Source: an uncultured archaeon (GTDB lineage: Archaea; Hadarchaeota; Hadarchaeia; Hadarchaeales; WYZ-LMO6). From it: a DNA stretch of 64,000 nt. Positions 28,759-37,500 of this stretch are shown in pieces; the stretch's first letter is position 1; every line of letters starts with the position of its first letter. Both the position numbers and the translations under genes were made by a program. The notes beneath the pieces were generated by a model. The model saw nothing but the letters and a program-made list of their open reading frames with translations, was not told where the DNA came from and did no database searches. Where the stretch lies: positions 6,421 to 70,420 of the forward strand of contig CALJER010000005.1 of NCBI GenBank assembly GCA_938074535.1. Direction: 5' to 3'.

Positions 28759-29795
28759 CCCCACTCCTCCGGCCAGAGACCCAGCTCCCTCGCCGCGCTC
28801 TCCACTTCCCTCCAGATCTCGTCGGGAAGCGGAATGCCCTCCCTCAGGTATCTCTCCCTCTTCCTGAACTCCGGCTCCCCCGGAAGGAGGATCTCCTGAA
28901 CGCCCTCCGCCTTCCTGGAGGACTTCACCTCCCGGATGAACTCCTCCGCCTCCCTCAGGAATTTCTCCCTGTCGGTGAAGGCCGAGGGGTCCAGCGCCAG
29001 CATCAGGTCGCCCTTCGTGCAGAAACCCTCCACAGGCTCCAGCGTGCCCCTGACCCTCCTCCCCGCCGCGGCGTTCACCATGGGGCCGGCCAGGATCTCC
29101 AGCACAAAGGCCAGCCCGTAGCCCTTCGGCCCCCCGAAGGGACTGAGGGCCCCCTTCAGTCCCTCCTCGGGGTCCGTGGTGGGCCTTCCCTCCCTGTCCA
29201 CCGCCCATCCCTCCGGTATCCTCTCCCCCTTCCTGGAGGCCTCCACCAGCTTCCCCCTGGCCGCCACGCTCATCGCCATGTCCAGAAGGACGGGCGGACG
29301 GGTGGGGAGGCCCACGGCGAGGGCGTTGGTCCCCAGCAGGGGCTCGCATCCCCCCCAGGGGTGCACCAGGGGATCGGTGGTGGTGGTCACCACTCCCACC
29401 ATGCCCTCCCTCATGGCCATCTCCGCGTAGTACCCCGCGATGCCGAAGTGGTTGGAGTTGAACACGCCCACGGCCCCCACCCCCGTCTTCCTGGCCTTCT
29501 CCACGGCCAGGGACATCGCCCTCCTGGCCACGTGGTGCCCCAGCCCGTGGCCCCCGTCCAGCAGCGCCGTGGCCTGGGTCTCCCTCACCACCCTCACCTC
29601 CGCCCGCGGGAGGATGGTTCCCCTCCTCAGCGCCCTCAGGATGTACGGCAGCCTAAGCAGGCCGTGGGAGTGGAGGCCCCTCAGATCGCCCTCCGTCAGC
29701 ACCTCGGCCGCATCCTCCGCCTCCTCCTCCCCCGCCCCGCTCCTCAGGAGGAGGACACGTATCACCTCTTTTTCCCTCTCGGCCGTGAGGATCAT
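28755..29795 (-). CDS. Ldh_2-family malate / L-sulfolactate / 2-hydroxyacid dehydrogenase
   Basis: HSHGLLRLPYIL, GVFNSNHFGIAGYY and PFGGPKGYGLAFV motifs. Its ATG (M12 of the track ORF) overlaps the PolDom gene's TGA (ATGA). Confidence 0.8.
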   Translation of the reverse strand: MILTAEREKEVIRVLLLRSGAGEEEAEDAAEVLTEGDLRGLHSHGLLRLPYILRALRRGTILPRAEVRVVRETQATALLDGGHGLGHHVARRAMSLAVEKARKTGVGAVGVFNSNHFGIAGYYAEMAMREGMVGVVTTTTDPLVHPWGGCEPLLGTNALAVGLPTRPPVLLDMAMSVAARGKLVEASRKGERIPEGWAVDREGRPTTDPEEGLKGALSPFGGPKGYGLAFVLEILAGPMVNAAAGRRVRGTLEPVEGFCTKGDLMLALDPSAFTDREKFLREAEEFIREVKSSRKAEGVQEILLPGEPEFRKRERYLREGIPLPDEIWREVESAARELGLWPEEWG

Positions 29796-30886
29796 TCCTT
29801 CCTCCCTCCGGGGTTCTCCCCGAACCACTTCATGGCCTCCCTAAAGAAGTCCTCTCCTCCCACGGGCCTGAGCTCGAACTCGTTCCCCCTCTCACGGTAC
29901 CTCTCCGCCACCCTCTCCGGATCGGCCTGCTCCGGGGTGAAGCCCCTCAGCTCTTCCTTCCCCAGAGGCATGGAGATGAGCCCCGTCCGGTAGTGCATGG
30001 AGTAGGGCGCCCTCACGTCGCCCATGGGCTTCATGACCGAGGGATCGAAGAGCACCTTTCCCCTCCTCCTCTCCTTGTGGGCCACGTCGGAGGTGGTGAG
30101 GCCGGGAAGCTTCTGGGAAACCTCGAACTCCAGGAAGCGAATGAGGTCGGCGTAGAAGTTGAAGAAGTTCCTCTCCCTTTTCCCCGCCTGCAGCTCCAGC
30201 GGGCGGTACTCCTCGGGCAGCGGGTGGGGCCTGAAGCTCGCCCAGAGCTGGAAGCCCCTCGAGCCGCTGTACTTCAGTTTGGGCTCCAGGCCGAAGTCCT
30301 CCATCCTCGCCAGGGTGACCTCCACCACCCTCTTCAACTTCTCCTCGGGCACTTCCTTCCCCGCGTCCAGATCCAGCACGAACCAGTCCGGGCGGGAGGA
30401 GTTCACGGAGTGGATGTAGGGGATGAAGTCTATGCCGTGGAGGTCCAGCCACCTCTGGAGGTCGGAGGGACGGCGGAGGGTGATGTACCTGGGCCCCATC
30501 TTCCGCTGGAGCCAGGCCCTTCCCGTGAAGAGCCTGAAGACGGAGACCCACCTCCCGCTGCAGAACTCCAGCAGGGTGGGGGCCACCACCGGGTAGTACC
30601 GCTTGGCCCTGTAGACCTTCAGGTAGTCCTGGTTCAGCTCCTCCCGGATCTCCCTCCACCTGCCCTCGAAGTGCTCCCTCCCCTTTTCCGTGAGGGCGTA
30701 GCCCTCACCCTCCCTCCTCACCAGCCCTTCCTCCATCAGCTCCTCCAGAAGGCCGGAGACCTCCTTCTCCGAAAGCTCCCTCCCGGCATCGCGGCTCACC
30801 TTCTCCCTCAGGTGCTGCAGGTCCACCAGCTTCCCCTCCGGCTTTATCGCCAGCGTCATCAGGAGGTGATCCCGCGGCTCCGCCAT
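29792..30886 (-). CDS. winged-helix domain fused to a LigD-type primase-polymerase (NHEJ PolDom, archaeo-eukaryotic primase superfamily)
   Basis: N-terminal wHTH (VDLQHLREKVSRDAGRELSEKEVSGLLEELMEEGLVRREGEGYALTEKGRE). AEP motifs WFVLDLDAG (DxD), KYSGSRGFQLWASF (SGxRG) and APYSMHYRTGLISMPL. Start MAEPRDHLLMTLAIKPEGK lies 11 nt after the upstream Zn-ribbon ORF. Confidence 0.75.
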   Translation of the reverse strand: MAEPRDHLLMTLAIKPEGKLVDLQHLREKVSRDAGRELSEKEVSGLLEELMEEGLVRREGEGYALTEKGREHFEGRWREIREELNQDYLKVYRAKRYYPVVAPTLLEFCSGRWVSVFRLFTGRAWLQRKMGPRYITLRRPSDLQRWLDLHGIDFIPYIHSVNSSRPDWFVLDLDAGKEVPEEKLKRVVEVTLARMEDFGLEPKLKYSGSRGFQLWASFRPHPLPEEYRPLELQAGKRERNFFNFYADLIRFLEFEVSQKLPGLTTSDVAHKERRRGKVLFDPSVMKPMGDVRAPYSMHYRTGLISMPLGKEELRGFTPEQADPERVAERYRERGNEFELRPVGGEDFFREAMKWFGENPGGRKE

Positions 30887-30896
30887 GTGGCTCGAA

Positions 30897-31061
30897 CTAG
30901 AGCTCGGCCAGCTTCCTGCCCAGCAGTCCCTCGGCACAGGGCTGGCAGAAGAACTTCGCCCTGGCCTCCCCGGGGACCACCACCTTCAGATAACCCGCGC
31001 CGTAGCTCATGAGCTGGATCTGCTTCCCGCAGGACTTGCACTTGGGCCCCTTGGCGCGCAT
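30897..31061 (-). CDS. small zinc-ribbon protein (54 aa); absent from the ORF track
   Basis: MRAKGPKCKSCGKQIQLMSYGAGYLKVVVPGEARAKFFCQPCAEGLLGRKLAEL; strong SD AAGGAGAGGAG upstream; first gene of the PolDom operon. Confidence 0.45.
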   Translation of the reverse strand: MRAKGPKCKSCGKQIQLMSYGAGYLKVVVPGEARAKFFCQPCAEGLLGRKLAEL

Positions 31062-31132
31062 CCTTCCCTTTCTCCTCTCCTTAAATCAGCTTTTCTTCCT
31101 CCCCGGGATAAAAGCTCTCCCGCCCAGAGTTC

Positions 31133-31867
31133 ATGATGCTCCCCATCCTCAGGCCGAGGGGTGCGGTGGACCTCCGCCGGCTCCTGGAGATCCAGCGCAG
31201 AGTGGCCGGGAGGGTGTCCACCAGGGACGAGTGGAAGAAGCTGGAGAGGGTGGCGGGGCTGGACCTGGCCTACGCGGGAAGGGACCGGGGATGCTCCTCC
31301 TGCGTGGTGCTGGACCTCAACACCCTGGAGGTGCTGGAGGAGAGGGTGAGAAGGGTCAGGATAAGGTTTCCCTATCTCCCCACCTTCCTGGCCTTCAGGG
31401 AGCTGGAGGGAATGCTGGAGGTGGCCAAAAGGGTGGAGGCGGACGTGTACATGGTGGACGGACACGGAGTGGCCCATCCCAGGAGGGCGGGCCTGGCCTC
31501 CCACCTGGGAGTGGTTCTGGACAAACCCGCACTGGGGGTGGCGAAGTCCAGACTCTGCGGGGAGGGTGAGGAGCCCCCTCCCGAGAGGGGCGGATACTCC
31601 CTGCTGAGGGAGGGGGGGGAAGTGGTGGGGGCCGCGGTGAGGACCCAGACGAAGGTGAAGCCCGTGTACGTGAGCGTGGGGCACAGGCTCTCCCTCCGGA
31701 CGGCCATAGAGCTCACGCTCAGGACCTCACCTTCCTTCAGGATACCCCAGCCCCTCAGGCTGGCCCACCTCCTCGCCCTGAAAGGGCTAAACAGGCAGCC
31801 TCCTCCTTCCGCTGGTGAAAAAGGTAAGGATAGTGGCCCCAGCCCATCTCCATGCCGGAAACCCTGA
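31133..31867 (+). CDS. nfi: endonuclease V
   Basis: VAGLDLAYAG, YLPTFLAFRE and DGHGVAHPRRAGLASHLGVVLDKPALGVAKS; TATA GGGATAAAAG upstream. Confidence 0.85.
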   Translation: MMLPILRPRGAVDLRRLLEIQRRVAGRVSTRDEWKKLERVAGLDLAYAGRDRGCSSCVVLDLNTLEVLEERVRRVRIRFPYLPTFLAFRELEGMLEVAKRVEADVYMVDGHGVAHPRRAGLASHLGVVLDKPALGVAKSRLCGEGEEPPPERGGYSLLREGGEVVGAAVRTQTKVKPVYVSVGHRLSLRTAIELTLRTSPSFRIPQPLRLAHLLALKGLNRQPPPSAGEKGKDSGPSPSPCRKP

Positions 31868-32129
31868 CCTGAGCGGCGGGCTGGGCAGGACCTACGGCAC
31901 GGTGGGCTTTGAAGGATCCGAGGCTTGAACTTCTGGCCGAAGAGAGAAGGGGGCTGAAGATAGTGGGGCTCCGGAAGCTCATGCTGCTCGTGAGGGGGGC
32001 CAGGGACCTGCCCTTCTACTTTCTCCCCACCGTTCCCCCCACCGGAAGGCCAACAGGATGGACCTTGGGACCTCCACCTCCCGGGGCTCAGGGAAAGGCT
32101 CCGGAAGGAGTTCGGCCACCTCTGAGAGG

Positions 32130-32443
32130 GTGGCGGGCGCGCCGAAGGTGGACGCCTTCCCCGCGCACCGTTGACCGGCCCCTCAGGCTCCATCCCGCTT
32201 TCCGCAAGCGCCGAACGTCCTGCCCACCCTTGCTGACTTCCGCCCCTGGGGGGTTCAGCAGGCAAGGGAGGTTCTCCCCGGCCCTCCGGTCGGGGCCCCT
32301 CCGCCGCCGACCCTGCGGGGCGGGACTTCCGCGCCCGGAACCGGGCGGTGCGAGGTTCCAGCGCCGCCCCCCGGCTTCGGCCCGGCGTGCAGCGGCTTTC
32401 CGGTTACAGGGGACCGCTAGCCCCCCGCCTAGCCCGCCACCTT
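32130..32443 (-). ncRNA. ffs: signal recognition particle RNA (7S/SRP RNA, archaeal type)
   Basis: The minus-strand transcript begins GGUGGCGGGC and ends GCCCGCCACC (10-bp terminal helix). The 5' Alu-like domain reads GCUAGGCGGGGGGCUAGCGGUCCCCUGUAACCGGAAAGCCGC...CCGGGCCGAAGCC, which parallels the B. subtilis/archaeal SRP Alu domain. Helix-8 motif CAGGGGCGGAAGUCAGCAAGG has the GGAA tetraloop and the AGCA loop. The length is about 314 nt. A TATA-like AAAGTTGATAAGG lies 20-30 nt upstream. The only ORFs here are low-complexity Pro/Arg-rich artefacts. Confidence 0.75.
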
Positions 32444-32462
32444 TTGGAAGTGGTTTTTCCGC

Positions 32463-32475
32463 CTTATCAACTTTG
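32463..32475 (-). promoter_or_regulatory. TATA-like element of the SRP RNA promoter
   Basis: Minus-strand CAAAGTTGATAAGG, about 25 nt upstream of the RNA 5' end. Confidence 0.4.
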
Positions 32476-32477
32476 GT

Positions 32478-33674
32478 CTAGAGGAGGGAGGGGAAGAGGT
32501 TCAGGAGGAGGATGAAGAGGAGGAAGAGGGAGAAGGAGTTGGAGAGCTGCCTGGCCCTCTTCCTCGACATCCCGAGCTCCAGCAGGCCCCTGAACATGTA
32601 GCCCCCGTCCAGGGGAACCAGCGGAAGGAGGTTGAACATCCCTATGCCCAGGTTCAGGACGAAGATCCACTTCAGGAGGTCCACCAGCGGCCAGGGGACG
32701 GCTGAGGTGTAGAAGTAGCGGTGGAGGAGGGCATAGGGCGGCAGATGGGGCCTGCCCAGGAGCTCGTTCACCATGAGCCCGAGCACGGAGAGGGGGCGGA
32801 GGAGCTCGGAGCGCGCCGGGGAGGAGACGGGCCATATCCCCAGGCTTCCCCTGTTGTCCCTGTTGTCGGCCGTGACGAGGAAGGTCCCCCTCTCCGTCTC
32901 CAGGACCACGTTCTCCCCGGGCCTGAGGTTCTCCACCTCCCTGGCGTAGTCCTCCCAGGTTCGCAGGGGCCTGCCGTTCAGGGAGAGGAGGAGGGTGCCC
33001 AGCTCCAGGTTCTCGCAGGGTCCGTTCTCCCTCACCCCCCACACGCGCACACCCGGACGCGGGGAGAGGAGGAGGAAGAGCAGGAAAAAGACCAGGAGGC
33101 CCACCAGGACGTTGGCGAAGGGGCCCGCCGCGAAGACGCGCAGCCTCCTCCTGAGGGGGGAAGCGTTCAGCCTCCTCTCGTCTGGCTCCACGAAGGCCCC
33201 GGGTATGGCCACGAAGAGGAGGAGGCCCATGGACCTGGTGGGGATGCCCTGGGCCCTCATCAGCAGACCGTGGGAGACCTCATGCACCAGCAGAAGCACC
33301 GCCACCGAGATCAGCCACCAGTAAACGGTGAGCCCCGGGATGACGCCGGGGAGCACGAACCTGGCCCCGGCCACCGAGAGCTCGGGCCTGCGCAGGATGA
33401 AGTAGGCGTTGAGGAGGAGGTTGAAGAGGACGAAAAACATGAGGAGGAGGCCAGCCCACAGAGCCACCTCGCCAAACCCCGTCCACCCACTTTTGTGTTC
33501 CCTGGCGGCGCGGTCGATGAACCTCAGACCCCTTCCCGTCCTCCAGAGGAGCATCCCCCCCTCCAGGGATAAACCGTACCTCTTCAGACCCCACTCCCGG
33601 TAGAGGAGGAGGAAGACCGCCCAGAAGAAGCCCAACCCCAGGAGGAACAGGAGGAGGTGCTGCGAGAGGTCCAT
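32478..33674 (-). CDS. site-2 protease (M50 family intramembrane metalloprotease) with PDZ domain
   Basis: HEVSHG (HExxH) in a TM helix and NLLPLVPLDGG (LDG motif); multiple TM segments; 398 aa. Confidence 0.85.
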   Translation of the reverse strand: MDLSQHLLLFLLGLGFFWAVFLLLYREWGLKRYGLSLEGGMLLWRTGRGLRFIDRAAREHKSGWTGFGEVALWAGLLLMFFVLFNLLLNAYFILRRPELSVAGARFVLPGVIPGLTVYWWLISVAVLLLVHEVSHGLLMRAQGIPTRSMGLLLFVAIPGAFVEPDERRLNASPLRRRLRVFAAGPFANVLVGLLVFFLLFLLLSPRPGVRVWGVRENGPCENLELGTLLLSLNGRPLRTWEDYAREVENLRPGENVVLETERGTFLVTADNRDNRGSLGIWPVSSPARSELLRPLSVLGLMVNELLGRPHLPPYALLHRYFYTSAVPWPLVDLLKWIFVLNLGIGMFNLLPLVPLDGGYMFRGLLELGMSRKRARQLSNSFSLFLLFILLLNLFPSLL

Positions 33675-33742
33675 TCTCTCCCTCTCCTCCTCCCCCCGTA
33701 TAAGCCCACCCCAACCCTAATACCTCCGGAGCCCCTGGAAGA

Positions 33743-34048
33743 GTGATGTACGTCCTCCTCACCACCGTGGAAGGGAGGAGGGAGGCCGAAAGGCTGGCGA
33801 GGAGGGTGGTGGGGGAGAAGCTGGCCTCCTGCGTGACCGTGCTGCCGGGCGCCAGGTCCTTCTACTTCTGGAAGGGGAAGAGGGAGGAGGCCGGGGAGGT
33901 CCTGCTCCTGATGAAGACCCTCAGCCCGAAGAGGCTGATGAGGAGGCTGAAGGAGATCCACCCCTACGAGGTGCCAGAGCTGCTGGTCCTCAGGGCCTCC
34001 GCGGTCTCGGAGGAGTACCTGCGATGGGCAAGGGAAGTGGTGGAGTAA
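33743..34048 (+). CDS. cutA: divalent-cation tolerance protein CutA
   Basis: MMYVLLTTVEGRREAERLARRVVGEKLASCVTV...SFYFWKG...HPYEVPELLVL; 101 aa. Confidence 0.85.
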   Translation: MMYVLLTTVEGRREAERLARRVVGEKLASCVTVLPGARSFYFWKGKREEAGEVLLLMKTLSPKRLMRRLKEIHPYEVPELLVLRASAVSEEYLRWAREVVE

Positions 34049-34758
34049 ACCCCGCCTCCCCGAAGGCCGATCAGAAGGAGGTGGTCTATTCCCCGGAGAG
34101 ATGGAAGCTCCTGGGGGAGCTCAGAAAAAGGGCGCTGGAGGTGATGGGGGCCCTCTCGAGAAGGGGGATGGAAGCGCTGGTGCACGGAAGCCTGGCCAGG
34201 GGGGACGTGGACGAGGGAAGCGACATCGACCTCTTCCTCCCCCAGCCCCTCCCCTCCTACCTGGTGGAGACGGCCCTGGCGGAGGCGGGCCTCTTTCCCG
34301 AGCGAAGGGAGCTGGTGATGGCCACCCCCTGGCAGCTTCCGAAGGCCCACCTCCACCTGGACGAGCGAACGGTGGTCACCTTCCCCCTCCTGAGGCCCAG
34401 ACCCCTGGAGCTGGAGTTCTACCGCTTCGGGGGCGCACTTGAGAGGGAGGGTCTGGAGAGGGGGGAAAGGGTGCCGGGGGTGGACAAGAGGCTCATGCTC
34501 GTAGAACCCACCCCCTCCGGACACGCGGAGAGCCCGGTGAGGGGGAGGGAGGGGGAGGTGGCCGGGAGGCTGGGCGTGAGCCTGGAGCTCGTGAGGGAGA
34601 GGATACAGGTGCTCACCGCCAGGAAGGAAGAGGGGCACACGGGCCTCTTCTTCAAAAGGGAGCTCTCCCCCGAGGAGAGCTTCGAGAGGGTCTTCGACCG
34701 GCTGGCCCGCTCCCGCTCCCTGCCGAGGCTCAGGCTCAGCTCCGGGAGGCCTCGGTGA
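34024..34758 (+). CDS. Pol-beta-superfamily nucleotidyltransferase domain protein with C-terminal extension; start uncertain (an alternative GTG lies at 34081)
   Basis: hG[GS]x9-13Dh[DE]h motif: HGSLARGDVDEGSDIDLFL. The 244-aa length exceeds a minimal nucleotidyltransferase. Confidence 0.55.
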   Translation: MGKGSGGVNPASPKADQKEVVYSPERWKLLGELRKRALEVMGALSRRGMEALVHGSLARGDVDEGSDIDLFLPQPLPSYLVETALAEAGLFPERRELVMATPWQLPKAHLHLDERTVVTFPLLRPRPLELEFYRFGGALEREGLERGERVPGVDKRLMLVEPTPSGHAESPVRGREGEVAGRLGVSLELVRERIQVLTARKEEGHTGLFFKRELSPEESFERVFDRLARSRSLPRLRLSSGRPR

Positions 34759-36352
34759 GGCGGGAGACGACGAAGCTCCTCTCCATGGCGGAGAGGAAGT
34801 TCCCCACCCTGGGACCGGCCTCCCTCCCTATGAAGACCAGGTAGAGGGCCCTGAAGAGCTCGGGCGGATCCATCCCCAGCCCCCTGGCCACCTCGTAGAC
34901 CTTGTTGTGGAGGGCCAGGGGATCGTACTCCCCCTCCCGCAGCTCGGCGGCCAGCCTGGAGAGGGCCCTCCTCTGCACCTCCGTGAGCCTTCCCCTCACC
35001 TCCTCCGGCAGGACCTCCAGCACCCTGAACCTCATCCACTCCGGGGCGTACTCCTCCACCCACCTCCTGGCCCTCCTGAGCCTCCCCAGGGCCCTGCGCA
35101 GGTCCTCCTCCTCCGGCTGGACCAGGAAACCCCTCTCCCTCATGATCTCCAGTCCCCTTTCCTCCCTCTCCCCCACCACCTGGCTCAGGACCGCCGCGAA
35201 CCTGAAGGGGACGCGCTGCGGTTTCCTGGCCGGCACACCCTCCACCTGGGAAAGCTCGTAGATCCTTGAGAGCTGTTCCTCCCTCCTTCCCTCCCCCCCG
35301 GAGAAGTAGAGCTCCTCCACCCGGTCGTACTCGTCGTAGAGGTCGAGCAGGGGAAGACCGGGGTCGAAGGACTTGCTCTTCATGGCCTTGCTCCTGAAGA
35401 TGAAGTACCTGAGGAGCTCCGGCTCGGCTACGGAAAGCCACTGGGAGAGGGTGAACACCACCCCCCTGGAGGAGGACATGCGCTTCCCGGAAAGGCTCAC
35501 CCACTCGTAGGGGATGGGATAGGGGGCCTGCCAGCCAAAGACCCTCTCCGCAATTTCCTTCCCCGTCTCGTAGCTGCCCCCCCTCACCGCATGGTCCTTC
35601 CCGAAGGGCTCGCAGGTCACTCCCAGCAGCTTCCACCTGGCCGGCCACTCCACCCTCCAGGTGAGCTTGCCCTCCCCCTTCGTGTAGTCCGCCTTTCCCT
35701 CGTGCCCGCAGCCCCCCACGTAGCTGCAGCCCTCGCAAACGTACTTCACGTAGTCTCCCGACCACGCGTAGGCCCTGGTGGTGGAGATCCTGCCGCAGTT
35801 CTCGCAGAGGGGGTCGTACGGAAGCCAGCCCTCGGGGAGGGGCCTGTCCCGGTACCTGTTGAGGATTCCCCTTATCTCCTCCGCCCTCTCGAGGGAGAGC
35901 CTTATCAGGGGGGCCATCCTTCCGCTCCGGTAAACCTGGCTCCCCCTCATTACCTTCAGCCTGAGGCCGAACTCCCTGAAGGAGGCTATGAACCCGCGGG
36001 AGAAATAGTCCACGAAGTCCTCGAAACCCTCCTCGGGCGAGGGAAGGGTGGCGTAGGGCATCCCCAGGTAGCGCTGGTAGGAAGGGGGGAGGGGCCAGGG
36101 GACTCTGCGGAGGGGATCGAAGTCGTCCGCGTACCAGATGGCCTCGGCCCTCCCGCCCCTCTCCTCCACCGCCCTCCTGACCCCGTCGGCGATGAACACG
36201 TCGTTGGAGTGCCCTATGTGGATGTGCCCGGAGATGGAGATCCCGCTGGCCACCACGTGCTCCCTCCCCCTGGAGAGCAGGCTCTCCGCCACCTCGTCTA
36301 TCCAGTGCATCCGCAAGATTTTATTCACGCTCTCTAAAAGGTGGTGTGCCAC
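34736..36352 (-). CDS. lysK: lysyl-tRNA synthetase, class I
   Basis: HIHIGH (HIGH motif), KRMSSSRG (KMSKS variant), Zn-binding CENCGRIS...CEGCSYVGGC; 538 aa. Confidence 0.9.
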   Translation of the reverse strand: MAHHLLESVNKILRMHWIDEVAESLLSRGREHVVASGISISGHIHIGHSNDVFIADGVRRAVEERGGRAEAIWYADDFDPLRRVPWPLPPSYQRYLGMPYATLPSPEEGFEDFVDYFSRGFIASFREFGLRLKVMRGSQVYRSGRMAPLIRLSLERAEEIRGILNRYRDRPLPEGWLPYDPLCENCGRISTTRAYAWSGDYVKYVCEGCSYVGGCGHEGKADYTKGEGKLTWRVEWPARWKLLGVTCEPFGKDHAVRGGSYETGKEIAERVFGWQAPYPIPYEWVSLSGKRMSSSRGVVFTLSQWLSVAEPELLRYFIFRSKAMKSKSFDPGLPLLDLYDEYDRVEELYFSGGEGRREEQLSRIYELSQVEGVPARKPQRVPFRFAAVLSQVVGEREERGLEIMRERGFLVQPEEEDLRRALGRLRRARRWVEEYAPEWMRFRVLEVLPEEVRGRLTEVQRRALSRLAAELREGEYDPLALHNKVYEVARGLGMDPPELFRALYLVFIGREAGPRVGNFLSAMERSFVVSRLTEASRS

Positions 36353-37500
36353 CCAGACCTGCGGAGAGGATGAAAAGCATACCGCCCTCCAGCACCCTCA
36401 GGGTCCTCTCCCTGGCCAAGAGGCTGGAGAGGGAGGGAAGGAGGATCCTCCACCTGGAGGTGGGGGAGCCGGACTTCGACACCCCCGAGCACGTGAAGAG
36501 GGCCGCCTGGGAGGCCCTGCAGAAAGGGATGACCAAATACACTCCCTCCGAGGGAATGCCGGAGCTGAGGGAGGCCGTGGCGGAGAGGGTGGGGGCGGAG
36601 GCCGGAAACGTGCTGATCACGCCGGGGGCCAAGCACGCCATCTTCTGCGCCATGGAGGCCATCCTGGACCCGGGCGAGGAGGTGATCCTTCCCTCCCCCT
36701 GCTGGACCTACGACGGCATCGTGCTGAGCGCGGGGGGGAAGCCCGTCTTCCTGGAGACGAAGATGGAGGAGGGCTTCAGGGTGGACCCTGAGAGACTGGA
36801 GAAGGCGCTCACCCCCAGGACCAGGCTCCTCGTCCTCAACTCTCCCTCCAATCCCACCGGGGCCGTGCTGGACGGGGAGAACCTCAGGGCCATCCTGGAG
36901 CTGGCCAGGGAAAAGAACCTCTGGATCCTCACGGACGAGATCTACGACCGCCTGGTCTACGAGGGTGAGAGCACCAGCCTCCTCTCCCTCGCGGGGTCGC
37001 TGGAGGGCATCGTCTACATCAACGGCTTCTCCAAGACCTACGCCATGACGGGATGGAGGCTGGGGTATGCCGTGGCGCCCAGGGAGCTGGTGGCGGAGAT
37101 GAACAAGATCCAGCAGGCCTCCACCTCCTGCGTCCCGGGCTTCGTGCAGGCGGCCGGGCTGGAGGCCCTGAGGGGCCCCCAGGACTTCGTGGAGAGGATG
37201 AGGAACGAGTTCAGGAGGAGGAGGGACTTCCTGGTGAAGGGGCTCTCCTCCCTGGGTCTGAGGTGCCTGCCGCCGCGTGGGGCCTTCTACGCCTTCCCCC
37301 GCCTTCCCGAGGGGACCGGGGACTCCACCCGCTTCTGCGAGCTGCTGCTGGAGAGGGCGGGGATAGCCTCCGTTCCCGGGGCGGGCTTCGGACCCTTCGG
37401 GGAAGGCCACGTGAGGTTCAGCTTCGCCTGCTCCATGGAGGTGCTCAGGGAGACCCTGGAGAGGCTTGGAGAGTTCTTGAGTTCAAGTACCTGGCGGTGA
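36346..37500 (+). CDS. aspartate/aromatic aminotransferase (class I PLP-dependent)
   Basis: ...NSPSNPTGAVL..., FSKTYAMTGWRLGY (Lys in SKT) ; 384 aa. Confidence 0.9.
   Translation: MPPRPAERMKSIPPSSTLRVLSLAKRLEREGRRILHLEVGEPDFDTPEHVKRAAWEALQKGMTKYTPSEGMPELREAVAERVGAEAGNVLITPGAKHAIFCAMEAILDPGEEVILPSPCWTYDGIVLSAGGKPVFLETKMEEGFRVDPERLEKALTPRTRLLVLNSPSNPTGAVLDGENLRAILELAREKNLWILTDEIYDRLVYEGESTSLLSLAGSLEGIVYINGFSKTYAMTGWRLGYAVAPRELVAEMNKIQQASTSCVPGFVQAAGLEALRGPQDFVERMRNEFRRRRDFLVKGLSSLGLRCLPPRGAFYAFPRLPEGTGDSTRFCELLLERAGIASVPGAGFGPFGEGHVRFSFACSMEVLRETLERLGEFLSSSTWR

Noticed and set aside
32088-32125. Plus-strand hairpin CUCC-GGAA-GGAG that looked like an SRP helix-8 tetraloop on the plus strand
   Set aside because: It is the antisense image of part of the minus-strand SRP RNA 3' region. 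The terminal-helix, Alu-domain and AGCA-loop motifs only fit the minus strand.
31868-32477. RNase P RNA as the identity of the non-coding region
   Set aside because: No GGAAAGUCCGGGC (P4 5'), no GGUAAGAGCGCACC (CR-II/III) and no ACAGAACCCGGCUUA (P4 3') on either strand.
31372-32481. ORFs 31372..32265 (-) and 31909..32481 (+) in the endonuclease V / S2P gap
   Set aside because: Low-complexity Pro/Arg/Ser translations; the region is better explained by the SRP RNA gene and its flanks.
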